A stretch of 64,000 bases of DNA from Candidatus Omnitrophota bacterium (GCA_028716245.1 JAQUQW010000001.1:296793-360792); one strand, 5' to 3'; positions 10,048-21,132 are shown, counted from the first letter of the stretch. The notes: generated by a model not told the origin, from the sequence alone. A program made the numbers and translations.

Positions 10048-10803
10048 ATGTCAGGTCATTCTAAATGGAAGACAAATAAGGGGAAAAAAGGCATCGCTGA
10101 TGCTAAAAGAGGGGCAACCTTCACCAAGATTATCAAGGAGCTGGTGGTGGTGGCCAGGGACGGCGGCGGCAATCCCGATTCTAATCCCCGATTACGCGCA
10201 ATAATGCAGAAGGCCAAAGAAGCGAATATGCCTTCGGATAACGTGAAGATGGCAATTAAACGCGGAACCGGCGAGCTGCCCGGGGTAGTCTATGAGGCGG
10301 TAATGTATGAAGCTTACGGCCCGGGAGGCGTTGCGATTTTAATCGATTCGCTTACCGATAATAAAAATCGCACTACCGCCGAGCTGCGTAATCTTATGTC
10401 CAAAAGAGGCGGCAATATGGCCGGGGCAGGCGCGGTAAGCTGGATGTTTACGCAAAAAGGCTATATCTCGGTGGCTAAAGAAAAGATCAAGGAAGATGAA
10501 CTGATGAATATTGTCCTAGATGCCGGCGCCGAAGATATGAAACACGATAATAATCTCTATGAGATTTTCACTTCGATCCAGGATTTGGAAAGAGTAAAGG
10601 CGGCGCTGCAGGAAAAAGGGATCAAATGGGATGACGCGGAGTTAACCATGATTCCCTCATCCACGATTAAAGTTACCGGCAACGAAGCCAAGCAAGTGTT
10701 GGCTTTGATAGAATCGCTGGAGGAGCATGATGATGTGCAGCAGGTTTATGCTAATTTTGATATTCCGGATGAAATTTTAGATCAGGTTGCTTCTGAGCAA
10801 TGA
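10048..10803 (+). CDS. yebC: YebC/PmpR family DNA-binding transcriptional regulator
   Basis: MSGHSKWKTNKGKKGIADAKRGATFTKIIKEL is the canonical N-terminus. AAAGAGGAGG RBS. The ORF-track start at 9979 lies inside rnpB and is rejected. Confidence 0.9.
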   Translation: MSGHSKWKTNKGKKGIADAKRGATFTKIIKELVVVARDGGGNPDSNPRLRAIMQKAKEANMPSDNVKMAIKRGTGELPGVVYEAVMYEAYGPGGVAILIDSLTDNKNRTTAELRNLMSKRGGNMAGAGAVSWMFTQKGYISVAKEKIKEDELMNIVLDAGAEDMKHDNNLYEIFTSIQDLERVKAALQEKGIKWDDAELTMIPSSTIKVTGNEAKQVLALIESLEEHDDVQQVYANFDIPDEILDQVASEQ

Positions 10804-11282
10804 TCATTGTCGGTATTGACCCGGCTTTGGCGATTACCGGTTACGGTGTTATTGAGTCTAAAGGGAATTCTTTAGCTTTGATTGAGGCAGGGGTAATCCA
10901 AACTTCGGCCAAAGAGGCTGCTCCAAAAAGATTGGACCGGATATACCGCGGTGTACTTAAATTGATCAATGATGTAAAAGCTGATTGCCTGGTGCTTGAA
11001 AAAATATATTCGCATTATAAGCATCCGGCAACCGCCTGTATCCTGGGCCAGGCCAGGGGAGTTATCTGTTTGGCGGCCTCAACCAAAAGGATACCTTTTT
11101 TTGAATATGCGGCTACGCGCGTAAAAAAAGCTATAGTCGGAAAAGGCCTGGCTTCTAAGGCCCAAGTGCAGAGAATGGTTACCCATACCTTGGGGCTAAA
11201 AACTTTACCGGCTTATATGGATATTACCGATGCCTTGGCGTTGGCTATCGCGCATAGTTATATTATAAAAAGTAAATTATGA
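10800..11282 (+). CDS. ruvC: Holliday junction resolvase
   Basis: MIIVGIDPALAITGYGVIE; yebC-ruvC-ruvA synteny. Confidence 0.9.
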   Translation: MIIVGIDPALAITGYGVIESKGNSLALIEAGVIQTSAKEAAPKRLDRIYRGVLKLINDVKADCLVLEKIYSHYKHPATACILGQARGVICLAASTKRIPFFEYAATRVKKAIVGKGLASKAQVQRMVTHTLGLKTLPAYMDITDALALAIAHSYIIKSKL

Positions 11283-11905
11283 TCTCTGGAATTACCGGAA
11301 AGGTTCTGGAAAAAGGTTTAAATTATTTAGTCCTGGATTTATGCGGGCTAAGTTATGAGGTTTTTATACCCACTTGCGTTATGCAGGGGCTTGATAAATC
11401 CATGGCTTGCGATGGTAAGATCTCCCTGTTAACCTATCATTATTATCAGGTTGAGCAAGCCAAGAGTATTCCCGTATTAATCGGGTTCTTAAGCCAGGTG
11501 GAAAAGGATTTTTTTGAAATATTTATCACGGTTTCCGGTATCGGCCCGCGGGCGGCGCTAAAGGCCTTAAATAAACCCATTTCATTAATCGCTAAAGCTA
11601 TTGATGAAGGTGATTTAGTTTTTTTAAAATCCCTTCCCGGTATCGGCGAGCAAAGGGCAAAAGAAATCGTGGCTAAGCTGCAGAATAAAGTAGGTAAATT
11701 CGGCCTGATCAAAGATCACGGTATAGAAGAAAAAACCGCCTGTAAAGATATATCCGAAGAGGCTTTGGATGTTTTGTTGCAATTAGAGTATAAAAGATCA
11801 GAGGCGCAGGGCATGATTAAGAAAGTTTTAGAAATGAATTCCGGGGTCAGCACTACCGAGGAGTTGTTGAATCTAGTGTATAAGCAAAAACGGGCTGGCA
11901 GGTAA
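11279..11905 (+). CDS. ruvA: Holliday junction branch migration protein RuvA
   Basis: The N-terminal OB fold (GKV....YLVLD) and HhH motifs (GIGPRAALKAL, LPGIGEQRAKEIV). Confidence 0.85.
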   Translation: MISGITGKVLEKGLNYLVLDLCGLSYEVFIPTCVMQGLDKSMACDGKISLLTYHYYQVEQAKSIPVLIGFLSQVEKDFFEIFITVSGIGPRAALKALNKPISLIAKAIDEGDLVFLKSLPGIGEQRAKEIVAKLQNKVGKFGLIKDHGIEEKTACKDISEEALDVLLQLEYKRSEAQGMIKKVLEMNSGVSTTEELLNLVYKQKRAGR

Positions 11906-11907
11906 AG

Positions 11908-12498
11908 ATGGAAGAGAATAATTTAAAATCCGCTGTTGAAGCATTAATTTTTGCATCCGAAAGGCCCGTTACCTTAGAGCAGATAAAAAAGGTCCTGGGG
12001 ATTACGGATAATGCCAGCGTAAATAAAATTATTGAAGAATTAAGAAGCGAATACGAAACTCAAAATAGGGGTATCCGCGTAGTCGAGGTTGCCGGAGGGT
12101 TTCAGATGACCACCTGCGCTGTTTTTGCCCCCTTCTTAAAAAAACTATTTAAGAACCGTTACAGCGATAAGTTATCCCGGCAGGCTCTTGAGAGCCTGGC
12201 GATTATTGCCTATAAACAACCGTTGACCAAGGCCGAGATTGAATCTTTAAGGAACGTGAATGTCGATGGGGTGATGAAAAGCTTACTTGATAAAAATTTA
12301 ATCCGCGTTTGCGGAAGAAAAAAGATCCCCGGCAGGCCTTTTGTTTTTGGGACAACCCGGGAATTCCTGGAGCATTTCGGTTTAAAATCGCTGCAAGATT
12401 TGCCAAAGATCGAAGATTTCACGGTGATGGCGCAAAAAAAGGAAGAAGAGGCCGGTATAGAGCCGCTTAGCCAAACAGACCTGGAGGTTAAAGAATGA
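11908..12498 (+). CDS. scpB: segregation and condensation protein B
   Basis: EALIFASERPVTLEQI and winged-helix repeats typical of ScpB. Confidence 0.8.
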   Translation: MEENNLKSAVEALIFASERPVTLEQIKKVLGITDNASVNKIIEELRSEYETQNRGIRVVEVAGGFQMTTCAVFAPFLKKLFKNRYSDKLSRQALESLAIIAYKQPLTKAEIESLRNVNVDGVMKSLLDKNLIRVCGRKKIPGRPFVFGTTREFLEHFGLKSLQDLPKIEDFTVMAQKKEEEAGIEPLSQTDLEVKE

Positions 12499-13556
12499 GC
12501 CTGGATAGATTGCGTAACGAAATTGATTCGCTGGATTGTAAATTAATTAAATTATTAAATTTACGCGCCGAAGCGACCAAAAAGATCGGCAAAATCAAGA
12601 TTAATACCGGTAAAAGCATTTATACGCCGGAAAGAGAGATGGAAGTTTTACGTAAAATTATTTCTTTAAATAACGGCCCTTTAAAAAACGGGGCTCTTGA
12701 AGCCATTTACCGGGAAATTATGTCGGCGGGACTGGCTTTAGAGAAGCTTTTAAAAATTGCGTATATGGGGCCGCAGGCGTCTTTTAGTAATTTGGCCGCT
12801 TTAAAGAGATTTGGATCGCAGATGAGTTATATTGCCTGCGGAAGTATCCCGGAAGTATTTTTAGAAGTAGAAAGAGGCGCGGCAGATTACGGAGTTGTTC
12901 CGGTAGAGAATTCTATTGAGGGGGCAGTGACGCATACTTTAGATATGCTTGTGGATTCGGATCTAAAGATTTGCTCCCAGGTGATTTTGGATGTTTCACA
13001 TAATTTGCTGGCTAATTGCGCAAAAGATAAGATTCGCCGAGTTTATTCTAACCCGCAGGTTTTCGGGCAATGCCGAATCTGGCTGCAGAAAAATCTGCCC
13101 AACGCAGAGTTAGTGGATGTATCCAGCACAACCCGGGCGGCGGAAATGGCCAAGAAGGAAAAAAACAGCGCGGCTATCGCTTCGCTATTGGCTTCTAAAG
13201 TCTACGGTTTAAAAATAATCGCTTCCGGAATACAGGATTCTTTGCATAATATTACGCGTTTTTTAGTGGTTGGTAAAAATGTGGCAGCCAGGACCGGGCA
13301 TGATAAAACATCCTTGCTTTTTTCGATCAAGGACCATATCGGGGCCCTCTATGAGACGCTCCTGCCTTTTCGTAAATACGGGGTTAATCTTACCAAGATC
13401 GAATCCCGGCCGTCAAAAAAGAAAGCCTGGGAATATTATTTTTTTGTGGATATTTCCGGGCACAAAGATGACGCTAAAATACAGAAGGCGTTAAAGGAAT
13501 TGGAACATAAGTGTACTTACTTAAAAATATTGGGATCTTATCCGGTTGGAGAATAA
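12495..13556 (+). CDS. pheA: bifunctional chorismate mutase / prephenate dehydratase
   Basis: N-terminal chorismate-mutase helix (LRNEIDSLDCKLIKLLNLRAE), PDT domain (YMGPQASFS) and C-terminal ACT (FSIKDHIGALYETL). Confidence 0.85.
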   Translation: MSLDRLRNEIDSLDCKLIKLLNLRAEATKKIGKIKINTGKSIYTPEREMEVLRKIISLNNGPLKNGALEAIYREIMSAGLALEKLLKIAYMGPQASFSNLAALKRFGSQMSYIACGSIPEVFLEVERGAADYGVVPVENSIEGAVTHTLDMLVDSDLKICSQVILDVSHNLLANCAKDKIRRVYSNPQVFGQCRIWLQKNLPNAELVDVSSTTRAAEMAKKEKNSAAIASLLASKVYGLKIIASGIQDSLHNITRFLVVGKNVAARTGHDKTSLLFSIKDHIGALYETLLPFRKYGVNLTKIESRPSKKKAWEYYFFVDISGHKDDAKIQKALKELEHKCTYLKILGSYPVGE

Positions 13557-13562
13557 TTCAAA

Positions 13563-14660
13563 GTGAATAGTTTGGTTTGTAAAAGTGTTCTGAATGTTAA
13601 ACCTTATGTTCCTGGCAAGCCTATTGAGGAAACCAAAAGGCAGCTAGGGTTAAAAGAAGTAGTTAAGCTGGCTTCCAACGAAAATCCTTTCGGGCCATCG
13701 CCAAAAGCGGTCAAGGCAATGCAAAAAAGTTTATCCGGGGTTAACCGTTATCCGGATGCCCAGGGATTCTATCTAAAGAAGCGCCTGGCCAGGCACTTTG
13801 GATTAGCTGCGGAAAATTTTGTCCTGGGTAACGGTTCCGATGAAATAATCGATGTTTTGATCAAGACTTTTGTGGAAGCGGATGAAAATATCGTAACCAG
13901 CGATACAACTTTTCTTGAGTATGAGATTATCGCCCAGGTCAATAGCCGCAAGGTAAAAAAGGCGCCTTTGCGCTATTTTAAATATGATTTAGGGGCGATC
14001 CTGAAACTGGTGGATAAGAAAACCAAACTGGTTTTTATCGCCAATCCCAATAATCCTACCGGCACCTATGTTACCAAATATGAGGTTGCGGATTTCCTAA
14101 AGGCATTGCCCAAACGGGTCATTGTTGTTTTTGATGAAGCTTATGATACTTTTATTGATGTAGATGATTATCCGGAAAGTTTAAGTTACCTTAGAAGGAA
14201 AAAGAAGGTGATTATCCTCAGGACTTTTTCTAAAGCATATGGTTTAGCCGGATTACGTTTGGGATATGCGATCGCCGATCCGGAATTAGTTTCTTATATG
14301 GAGAGAGTACGCCAGCCCTTTAATGTCAATATCCTGGCCCAGGTGGCGGGACTGGCGGCAATCGCCGACCGGGATTTTTTAAAGAAAACCCGGCGGCTGA
14401 CCTTAGAAGGCAAGGATTTTATTTATCAAGCGCTAGCTAAAATGGGTTTAGGGTATGTGCCTTCAGTGGCTAATTTTATTTTAATTGACGTAGAAAAAGA
14501 CGGTCAGGAGGTATTTAAATCCATGCTTAAATTCGGGGTGATTGTCCGGGAAATGAGCCAGTACGGCCTTAAGAATTTTATTCGCCTGACTATCGGCAGC
14601 CAAAAAGAAAACCAGAGGTCAGTGCGCGTCTTAAGGAAAGTTTTAGCATCCCGCGCCTAA
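13563..14660 (+). CDS. hisC: histidinol-phosphate / aromatic aminotransferase (class II PLP)
   Basis: LASNENPFGPSP, the TFSKAYGLAGLRLGY PLP-lysine region, and a GTG start. The context suggests an aromatic-amino-acid role. Confidence 0.8.
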   Translation: MNSLVCKSVLNVKPYVPGKPIEETKRQLGLKEVVKLASNENPFGPSPKAVKAMQKSLSGVNRYPDAQGFYLKKRLARHFGLAAENFVLGNGSDEIIDVLIKTFVEADENIVTSDTTFLEYEIIAQVNSRKVKKAPLRYFKYDLGAILKLVDKKTKLVFIANPNNPTGTYVTKYEVADFLKALPKRVIVVFDEAYDTFIDVDDYPESLSYLRRKKKVIILRTFSKAYGLAGLRLGYAIADPELVSYMERVRQPFNVNILAQVAGLAAIADRDFLKKTRRLTLEGKDFIYQALAKMGLGYVPSVANFILIDVEKDGQEVFKSMLKFGVIVREMSQYGLKNFIRLTIGSQKENQRSVRVLRKVLASRA

Positions 14661-14672
14661 AGGAGAACATTA

Positions 14673-15692
14673 ATGATTATCGTCTTAAAACCTCAAGCAA
14701 CCGAAGCAGAAGTTAACCACATTATCGAAAAAGTAAAGTCTTTGGGCTTGACTCCGCATGTTTCTAAAGGTTCGGAGAGGACAATTATCGGGGTTATCGG
14801 CCCGGAGGACGTATTAAGGGTCACTCCTTTGGAAGCTTTTCCCGGGGTAGAAAATGTTATTCCGGTACTGGCGCCTTTTAGGCTGGTTTCCCGAGAGTTT
14901 AAGAAAGATGATTCGGTAATCGATCTGGGAAAAGGAGTAAAGATTGGCGGTAAAGAGATAGTGATTATGGCCGGACCCTGCACCATTGAAAATATCGACA
15001 GCCTTTTTGAGATTGCCAGGGAAGTGAAGAAAGCCGGAGCAACAGTATTGCGTGGAGGGGCTTTTAAGCCCAGGACATCTCCATATAGCTTTCAAGGTTT
15101 AGGCAAAGCAGGGCTGCAGATGCTTCGGGAAGTAGGTAATGAATTGAGCCTGGTTACGGTAAGCGAGGTAATGGATAGCCGCGATGTGGCCTTAGTTGCC
15201 GATTATGTGGATGTTTTGCAAATTGGCTGCCGGAACATGCAGAATTTCAATCTTTTAAAAGAGGTGGGAGCGACTAAAAAACCGGTAGTCTTGAAACGCG
15301 GAATGGCTTCTACAGTTAAGGATATGCTAATGTCGGCGGAGTATATTCTAAGCGCGGGGAACTTTTCGGTAATCCTTTGCGAAAGGGGAATTCGCACATT
15401 TGAAGATTCTACGCGCAATACTTTGGACATAAGCGCGGTGCCGGTTGCCAAGCAGCTTTCGCATCTGCCGATTATCGTTGACCCTTCGCATGCTGCCGGA
15501 AAATGGGGCTTGGTTCCGGCATTAGCTAGGGCTGGTATTGCCGCAGGGGCAGATGGCTTGATTATCGAAGTGCATAATCATCCCGAAGAAGCTGTTTCTG
15601 ATGGCGCGCAATCACTGGTTCCGGATAGATTTTTAAGCCTGATGGGTGAACTCAAAAGCATTGCCAATTCCATAGGAAGAAAAATTTCATGA
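14673..15692 (+). CDS. aroF: 3-deoxy-7-phosphoheptulonate (DAHP) synthase, type I-beta with N-terminal ferredoxin-like regulatory domain
   Basis: KDO8PS-like core ([27 protein letters not shown]) plus an 80-aa or so N-terminal domain, as in Thermotoga-type DAHPS. Confidence 0.8.
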   Translation: MIIVLKPQATEAEVNHIIEKVKSLGLTPHVSKGSERTIIGVIGPEDVLRVTPLEAFPGVENVIPVLAPFRLVSREFKKDDSVIDLGKGVKIGGKEIVIMAGPCTIENIDSLFEIAREVKKAGATVLRGGAFKPRTSPYSFQGLGKAGLQMLREVGNELSLVTVSEVMDSRDVALVADYVDVLQIGCRNMQNFNLLKEVGATKKPVVLKRGMASTVKDMLMSAEYILSAGNFSVILCERGIRTFEDSTRNTLDISAVPVAKQLSHLPIIVDPSHAAGKWGLVPALARAGIAAGADGLIIEVHNHPEEAVSDGAQSLVPDRFLSLMGELKSIANSIGRKIS

Positions 15693-16519
15693 AGATGTTT
15701 AATAAAGTAGTGATTATCGGTACCGGCTTAATCGGAGGGTCTCTGGGGCTGGATTTAAGAAAAAAGCATTTGGCTGGTCAGGTTATTGGCTTAAGCCGTA
15801 AAAAAGAAAACGCAAATTTAGCCAAAAGAAGCGGAGCGATTGATTCTGTCGGTCCATCTCTAGACGTAGTCAAGGACGCGGATCTGGTTATATTGGCTGC
15901 TCCGGTTGATGCGATTATGGATATGGCGCCTAAAATCGCCGATAAATTAAAAAAAGATTGCATAGTTATCGATGTTGGCAGCAGCAAAGAAAAAATAGTC
16001 TCCAAATTAAGCGCTCTTATCCCGAATTTTCTTGGCTGCCATCCTTTGACAGGCTCAGAGAAAAGAGGAGCCGCTAATCTTGGAGCGGGTATTTTTAGCG
16101 GTTCGGTTTGTGTTATTACCCCCACCCCTAAAACCGTCAAAAAAACATTAGAGAAAATCAAACTGCTTTGGCAAAAATTAGGATCTAGCGTGGTTATTCT
16201 TTCTGCGAAGAAACACGATCGGATTTTAGCTTCTACCAGCCACCTGCCGCATACGATAGCTTTTTCATTGATCGGCTCAGTCCCGAATCAATTCTTAAAC
16301 TTAAGTTCGGGGGGGCTAAAGGATACTACGCGAATCGCTTCTTCCGATGCCCGCCTTTGGAGCCAGATTTTCCTAAGTAACCGCGGTAATTTATTGGCCG
16401 CGCTTTCCTCCTTCCAGGTTAAACTCAACGCTTTAAAGCTTGCCTTAAAAAATAAGAATAAAAAACTTTTAACAAAAATTCTTGCATCTGCACAGAAAAA
16501 ACGAAAGAAACTAAGATGA
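15689..16519 (+). CDS. tyrA: prephenate/arogenate dehydrogenase
   Basis: [18 protein letters not shown]-binding motif and the HPLTGSE catalytic region. Confidence 0.8.
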   Translation: MKMFNKVVIIGTGLIGGSLGLDLRKKHLAGQVIGLSRKKENANLAKRSGAIDSVGPSLDVVKDADLVILAAPVDAIMDMAPKIADKLKKDCIVIDVGSSKEKIVSKLSALIPNFLGCHPLTGSEKRGAANLGAGIFSGSVCVITPTPKTVKKTLEKIKLLWQKLGSSVVILSAKKHDRILASTSHLPHTIAFSLIGSVPNQFLNLSSGGLKDTTRIASSDARLWSQIFLSNRGNLLAALSSFQVKLNALKLALKNKNKKLLTKILASAQKKRKKLR

Positions 16520-17169
16520 TTATTGCTGTTGACGGCCCATCCGGGGCGGGAAAAAGCACGGTCGCCAGGATCTTAGCTAAGAAATTGGGATTTCTATATA
16601 TTGATACCGGAGCAATGTATCGGGCCTTAACCTTAAAAGCGTTAGAAAATAATGTGCCCATTAATGACCAGTCGCGGATTTTTAAGCTCGCCGAAGGAGC
16701 GAGGATAGGTTTACATAATAATCCCGATGGATCATTAAGTGTTATTTTAGACGGCAAAGACGTTTCTTTAGATATTCGCAGGCCCAGAATCACCCAAGTA
16801 GTTTCTGATCTGGCTAAGATTAAAGAGGTGCGCCAGGTATTGGTCAAGCTGCAGAGAGAACTTGGCCAAAAAGGGGATTGCGTTTTAGACGGCAGGGATA
16901 TTGGCACGGTAGTTTTTCCTGACGCGGCGAAGAAATTTTTTATCGATGCATCCCCGGAGGAGCGGGTAAACCGGCGCTTTAAAGAATTAAAAGGCTTAGG
17001 GCAGAATGTTTCAGAAAATGATGTTGCCAAAGATTTAGCCAATCGCGATAAGATCGATTCTACCCGCAAGGCTTCTCCATTACGTAAGGCAGAGGATGCA
17101 ATTTATATTGATACTACCAAACTTTCTATAGAGCAGGTAGTAGGTAAAATGATGGAATGTATAAGGTAA
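16516..17169 (+). CDS. cmk: cytidylate kinase
   Basis: [36 protein letters not shown]. Confidence 0.9.
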   Translation: MIIAVDGPSGAGKSTVARILAKKLGFLYIDTGAMYRALTLKALENNVPINDQSRIFKLAEGARIGLHNNPDGSLSVILDGKDVSLDIRRPRITQVVSDLAKIKEVRQVLVKLQRELGQKGDCVLDGRDIGTVVFPDAAKKFFIDASPEERVNRRFKELKGLGQNVSENDVAKDLANRDKIDSTRKASPLRKAEDAIYIDTTKLSIEQVVGKMMECIR

Positions 17170-18969
17170 ATGGATAAATCTCTCTTAAGGAATTTTTCGA
17201 TTATCGCCCATATTGATCATGGTAAATCTACTTTGGCTGACCGGATATTGGAGATAACCGGAGCGGTTGATCTGCGCCATAAAGGGGATCAACTGCTTGA
17301 TGATATGGAACTGGAAAAGGAACGAGGAATTACCATTAAAGCTTCAATGGTCAGGTTGAATTATTTTTCTAAAAAATTCAATCAAGAGTATACTCTAAAT
17401 CTTATTGATACTCCGGGGCATGTTGATTTTACTTATGAAGTATCTAAATCTTTGGCTGCCTGTGAAGGCGCTATCCTGGTGGTTGATGCCGGGCAGGGGA
17501 TTGAGGCCCAAACCGTCGGCAATTACTATCTGGCATTAGAAAATAACCTGCAGGTTATTCCGGTAATCAATAAAATTGATTTGATTTCCGCGGATATCCC
17601 TAAGGTAAAATCGCAGGTGGAAACCGTTTTAGGTTTTAAGGAGGAGGAAATTATCCTGGCATCAGCAAAGGAAGGGCGCGGTATTATTGAAATTTTAGAT
17701 AGAATTGTGGAAACGATTCCGGCTCCCGCAGGACAGGCGGATAATCCGCTTAAAGCATTAATTTTTGACTGCCGTTTTGATCCTTTTAAAGGCGTGGTAG
17801 TCTTTGTAAAAGTAATTGACGGGCAAATTTTCCCTAAAACCCAATTAAAAATGTTTAATGCCGGCAAAATTTATAAGATTGAAGAACTGGGGGTCTTTAA
17901 GGATTTAAAATATTCTGCGGTGGACTCCTTAACCTGCGGAGAGGTCGGTTATTTTACGGCTAACCTGCGTGACCCGCGAGAGGTGGTTATCGGAGACACA
18001 ATTACCGACCCTAAAAATCCCTGCGCTCAAGCTTTACCGGGTTACCGTAAAGTAAAGCCCCTGGTTTTTTGCGGAATTTATCCGGTTAATCCGGCGGATT
18101 TTCCGGAATTACGCGATGCTATGGATAAGTTAAAACTTTCCGATGCTTCTTTTGTGTTTGAGCCGGAAAATTCCCAATCATTCGGGACAGGTTTTCGCTG
18201 CGGCTTCCTGGGGCTCTTGCATATGGAGATTGTCCAGGAAAGGCTGGAGCGGGAGTATAACTTAAACCTTATCCTCACCGTGCCCAATGTAGTCTACCGC
18301 ATAAAAACAAAATCCGGAGAAGTTATCGAAGTAGATACGCCGGCCAAGCTTTGCGCTCCACAGGATATCGATGAGGCTCTTGAACCATATGCCAGTTTGC
18401 TAATGATCGTGCCGGTTGATTCTATCGAAGCGGTTTGCGATTTTAGCAAATCCCGCCGGGGAATTTTTATTTCAAATGAATATTTAGGCGAGGACCGCGT
18501 AAAGGTGGTGTTTTCTATACCTCTTTCTGAAATAATTGTCGATTTTTATGACCGGATAAAATCGATTACCCGCGGCTATGGCTCAATGGATTACGAAGTT
18601 AAAGAATATTTATCGACAAAATTAGTGAAACTGGATATACTGTTAAACGGCCAGATTTGCGACGCTTTTTCTTCCTTAATGTTTAAAGAAAAGGCCACCT
18701 CAAGGGCCCATCTTTTAGTAAGTAAATTGAAAGACCTGATTCCCCGGCAGCTGTTTGAAGTATCGATCCAGGCAGCGGTAGGAAGCCAGATTTTAGCTTC
18801 TGAGAAAATACGTTCAGTAGGCAAGCATGCCACAAGTAAGTGTTCTGGAGGGGATATTACGCGTAAGCGCAAACTCTGGGAAACCCAGAAAAAAGGCAAA
18901 AAAAGGCTAAAGCAATTCGGTAAGGTCGAGATCCCGCAAGAAGCATTTTTGGAGGTATTAAAAATATGA
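17170..18969 (+). CDS. lepA: elongation factor 4
   Basis: IRNFSIIAHIDHGKSTLADR, DTPGHVDF, and the LepA C-terminal domain. Confidence 0.95.
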   Translation: MDKSLLRNFSIIAHIDHGKSTLADRILEITGAVDLRHKGDQLLDDMELEKERGITIKASMVRLNYFSKKFNQEYTLNLIDTPGHVDFTYEVSKSLAACEGAILVVDAGQGIEAQTVGNYYLALENNLQVIPVINKIDLISADIPKVKSQVETVLGFKEEEIILASAKEGRGIIEILDRIVETIPAPAGQADNPLKALIFDCRFDPFKGVVVFVKVIDGQIFPKTQLKMFNAGKIYKIEELGVFKDLKYSAVDSLTCGEVGYFTANLRDPREVVIGDTITDPKNPCAQALPGYRKVKPLVFCGIYPVNPADFPELRDAMDKLKLSDASFVFEPENSQSFGTGFRCGFLGLLHMEIVQERLEREYNLNLILTVPNVVYRIKTKSGEVIEVDTPAKLCAPQDIDEALEPYASLLMIVPVDSIEAVCDFSKSRRGIFISNEYLGEDRVKVVFSIPLSEIIVDFYDRIKSITRGYGSMDYEVKEYLSTKLVKLDILLNGQICDAFSSLMFKEKATSRAHLLVSKLKDLIPRQLFEVSIQAAVGSQILASEKIRSVGKHATSKCSGGDITRKRKLWETQKKGKKRLKQFGKVEIPQEAFLEVLKI

Positions 18970-19541
18970 GTTTAAAAAAGAAATCGGTTTTGCGCGATTG
19001 GGTTGAATCAATTATCGTTGCCTTTATTTTGGCTATGGTGATCCGGACCTTTGTCGTCCAGGCTTTTAAGATTCCCACTGGGTCAATGCGCATGACCTTG
19101 TTGGAAGGAGACCTTATACTGGTAAATAAGTTTATTTACGGGGCAAAAGTCCCTTTTACTAGCCATCGCCTGCCCGCGGTACGCCAGCCAAAGCGGGGGG
19201 ATGTGGTTGTTTTTATTTATCCCGAAGATAAGAAAAAAGATTTTATTAAAAGACTGGTTGGCCTGCCGGGAGAAACCATTGAGATTAAAGGCGGTTCAAT
19301 TTATGTAAATGATAAACCGGCACCCGAGCCGATCTTTAATCAAATTTATTATTATAATCGGGGCGATTTTGCTTCCGAAGGCCAGAAGATCCGCGTGCCC
19401 GCTAACAGTTATTTTGTTTTAGGAGATAACTCTGTTTCTTCAAAAGACAGCCGTTATTGGGGTTTTGTGCCTAAAGACGACCTGTTGGGCCAGGCCTTGA
19501 TTGTTTACTGGCCGCCGCAGCGGATCAGGTTGATTAAATGA
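18966..19541 (+). CDS. lepB: signal peptidase I
   Basis: GSMRMTLLEGDLILVNK (Ser box), KRLVGLPGE, GDNSVSSKDSRYWGFV. Confidence 0.85.
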   Translation: MSLKKKSVLRDWVESIIVAFILAMVIRTFVVQAFKIPTGSMRMTLLEGDLILVNKFIYGAKVPFTSHRLPAVRQPKRGDVVVFIYPEDKKKDFIKRLVGLPGETIEIKGGSIYVNDKPAPEPIFNQIYYYNRGDFASEGQKIRVPANSYFVLGDNSVSSKDSRYWGFVPKDDLLGQALIVYWPPQRIRLIK

Positions 19542-20101
19542 ATATAGCCAATAAAATTTCGACATTTCGTATTTTAAGCGTGCCATTTTTTATTGCCTGC
19601 TTGCTATACTATGCGCCAGAAAGGGCCTATCTAAAAGACTTGGCCTTAGTCATATTTATCCTAGGAGTAATCTCTGACGGCTTAGACGGTTTTATCGCCA
19701 GAAAAGCCAAAATACAATCAAAGGCCGGATTGATTTTAGACCCGTTAGGGGACAAGTTTTTATTAATGAGCGCATTTATATTCCTGTCTCCGATAAGCAG
19801 ATTAGAGTTGAAGTTTCCGCTTTGGGTTAGTTTTATCGTGATTTCGCGGGACCTGATCATAATTATGGGGGCAGTGGTTATTTATATGGTCAAACAGTGT
19901 ATTGATGTTTATCCTACAAAATGGGGGAAACTTACAACTACATTCCAGATGCTTTCGGTTATTTGTATTTTATTACAATGGAGGCTGGTTGCCTTGATTT
20001 GGTGGTTGGCGGTGATTTTTACCGTTATTTCGGGGATAGATTACGTAAAGAGAGGATTTAAAATTCTATATGCTTTGGACAATCGCCGCGTTACTGCTTA
20101 G
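19538..20101 (+). CDS. pgsA: CDP-diacylglycerol--glycerol-3-phosphate 3-phosphatidyltransferase (CDP-alcohol phosphatidyltransferase family)
   Basis: DGLDGFIARK......GLILDPLGDK motif; multi-TM protein. Confidence 0.8.
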   Translation: MNIANKISTFRILSVPFFIACLLYYAPERAYLKDLALVIFILGVISDGLDGFIARKAKIQSKAGLILDPLGDKFLLMSAFIFLSPISRLELKFPLWVSFIVISRDLIIIMGAVVIYMVKQCIDVYPTKWGKLTTTFQMLSVICILLQWRLVALIWWLAVIFTVISGIDYVKRGFKILYALDNRRVTA

Positions 20102-20693
20102 TTATTTATTAGGCTCTATACCGACAGCTTATCTTTTTGGCAAGGCCCTGAAAGGGATCGATATCCGTAAAGTCGGTTCAGGTAATGTGGGAGCAACCAA
20201 TGCCTTGCGCGTTTTGGGAAAAAGGGCTGGGATTACAGTTCTGTTTCTAGATATATTAAAGGGTTTTGTCGCCATTATTTTACTGGGAGATTTTTTTGCG
20301 GATAAACCTCATTTATTGCAAGCACAGAACTTACGTATTTTCATGGGGTTATGTTGTATTTGCGGCCATAACTGGACGATATTTTTACAGTTTAAAGGAG
20401 GAAAAGGAATTGCCACTTCTTTTGGGGTATTGCTTGGCCTCTCAATGAGAGTGCCTGGATTAAACATAGTAATGGGATTAATAATTTTAACTTGGTTTCT
20501 CGTTTTTTTTAGCTTCAGAATGGTCTCGTTAGCTTCGATCATGGCAGCCTTAGCCCTGCCAATTTTCTGCCTCTTTTTCAAACAGCCGTTTTCGCTCACA
20601 TCCTTGAGCTTATTGCTTTGTATTTTCGTCATCATTCGACATTCAACAAATCTAACCAGGATATTCCAAGGTAAAGAACCCCGCCTTTATTAA
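20070..20693 (+). CDS. plsY: glycerol-3-phosphate acyltransferase PlsY
   Basis: LGSIPTAYLFGK...KVGSGNVGATNALRVLGK motifs. Overlaps the pgsA 3' end by about 30 nt. Confidence 0.85.
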   Translation: MLWTIAALLLSYLLGSIPTAYLFGKALKGIDIRKVGSGNVGATNALRVLGKRAGITVLFLDILKGFVAIILLGDFFADKPHLLQAQNLRIFMGLCCICGHNWTIFLQFKGGKGIATSFGVLLGLSMRVPGLNIVMGLIILTWFLVFFSFRMVSLASIMAALALPIFCLFFKQPFSLTSLSLLLCIFVIIRHSTNLTRIFQGKEPRLY

Positions 20694-20787
20694 AGCAAAC
20701 GCTTTCTTTTTTCGGCAAAATCGTATTGATTCGGCCGAGTTTTACCTGCATACTTTTCTTACCCATCAGCCACAGAGGGAAGCAAAT

Positions 20788-21126
20788 ATGCAGGCTCTGC
20801 TTTACAAAAACCTAACTTCTTCCGACCGCAGCCGTAAAATCATTACCAGTTCAGAGGTAACTGATAAAGAAGGCATCCACAGCGTGGTGCGCCGGCATTT
20901 TGCCTGTATGGTAAAGCAATTAGAAAACGAAAAAGCGGAAAAACAACAGCCTTATCTTTATGTCTTAAAAGAAAGGAATACCAAACAGAAGCGGGAGCAT
21001 TTCTTTTGCAAGATAAAGGGGGGCCTTCTGGCGGAAAACAAGGGAAAATTACTGCATATTGCATTCGTCCACACCTTAAGCGTTGAGCTTACCGCCTCGG
21101 AAAAATTAAGCGGACAAATCAGCTGA
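20788..21126 (+). CDS. hypothetical protein (112 aa), no recognisable domain
   Basis: An ORF with a weak GAGGGA RBS lying in an otherwise empty 475-nt gap. Not recognised. Confidence 0.3.
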   Translation: MQALLYKNLTSSDRSRKIITSSEVTDKEGIHSVVRRHFACMVKQLENEKAEKQQPYLYVLKERNTKQKREHFFCKIKGGLLAENKGKLLHIAFVHTLSVELTASEKLSGQIS

Positions 21127-21132
21127 TTTTTG

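Noticed and set aside
16425-17069. 214-aa ORF on the minus strand
   Set aside because: Antisense to the tyrA 3' end and cmk. No domain signal. The sense-strand genes carry unambiguous motifs.
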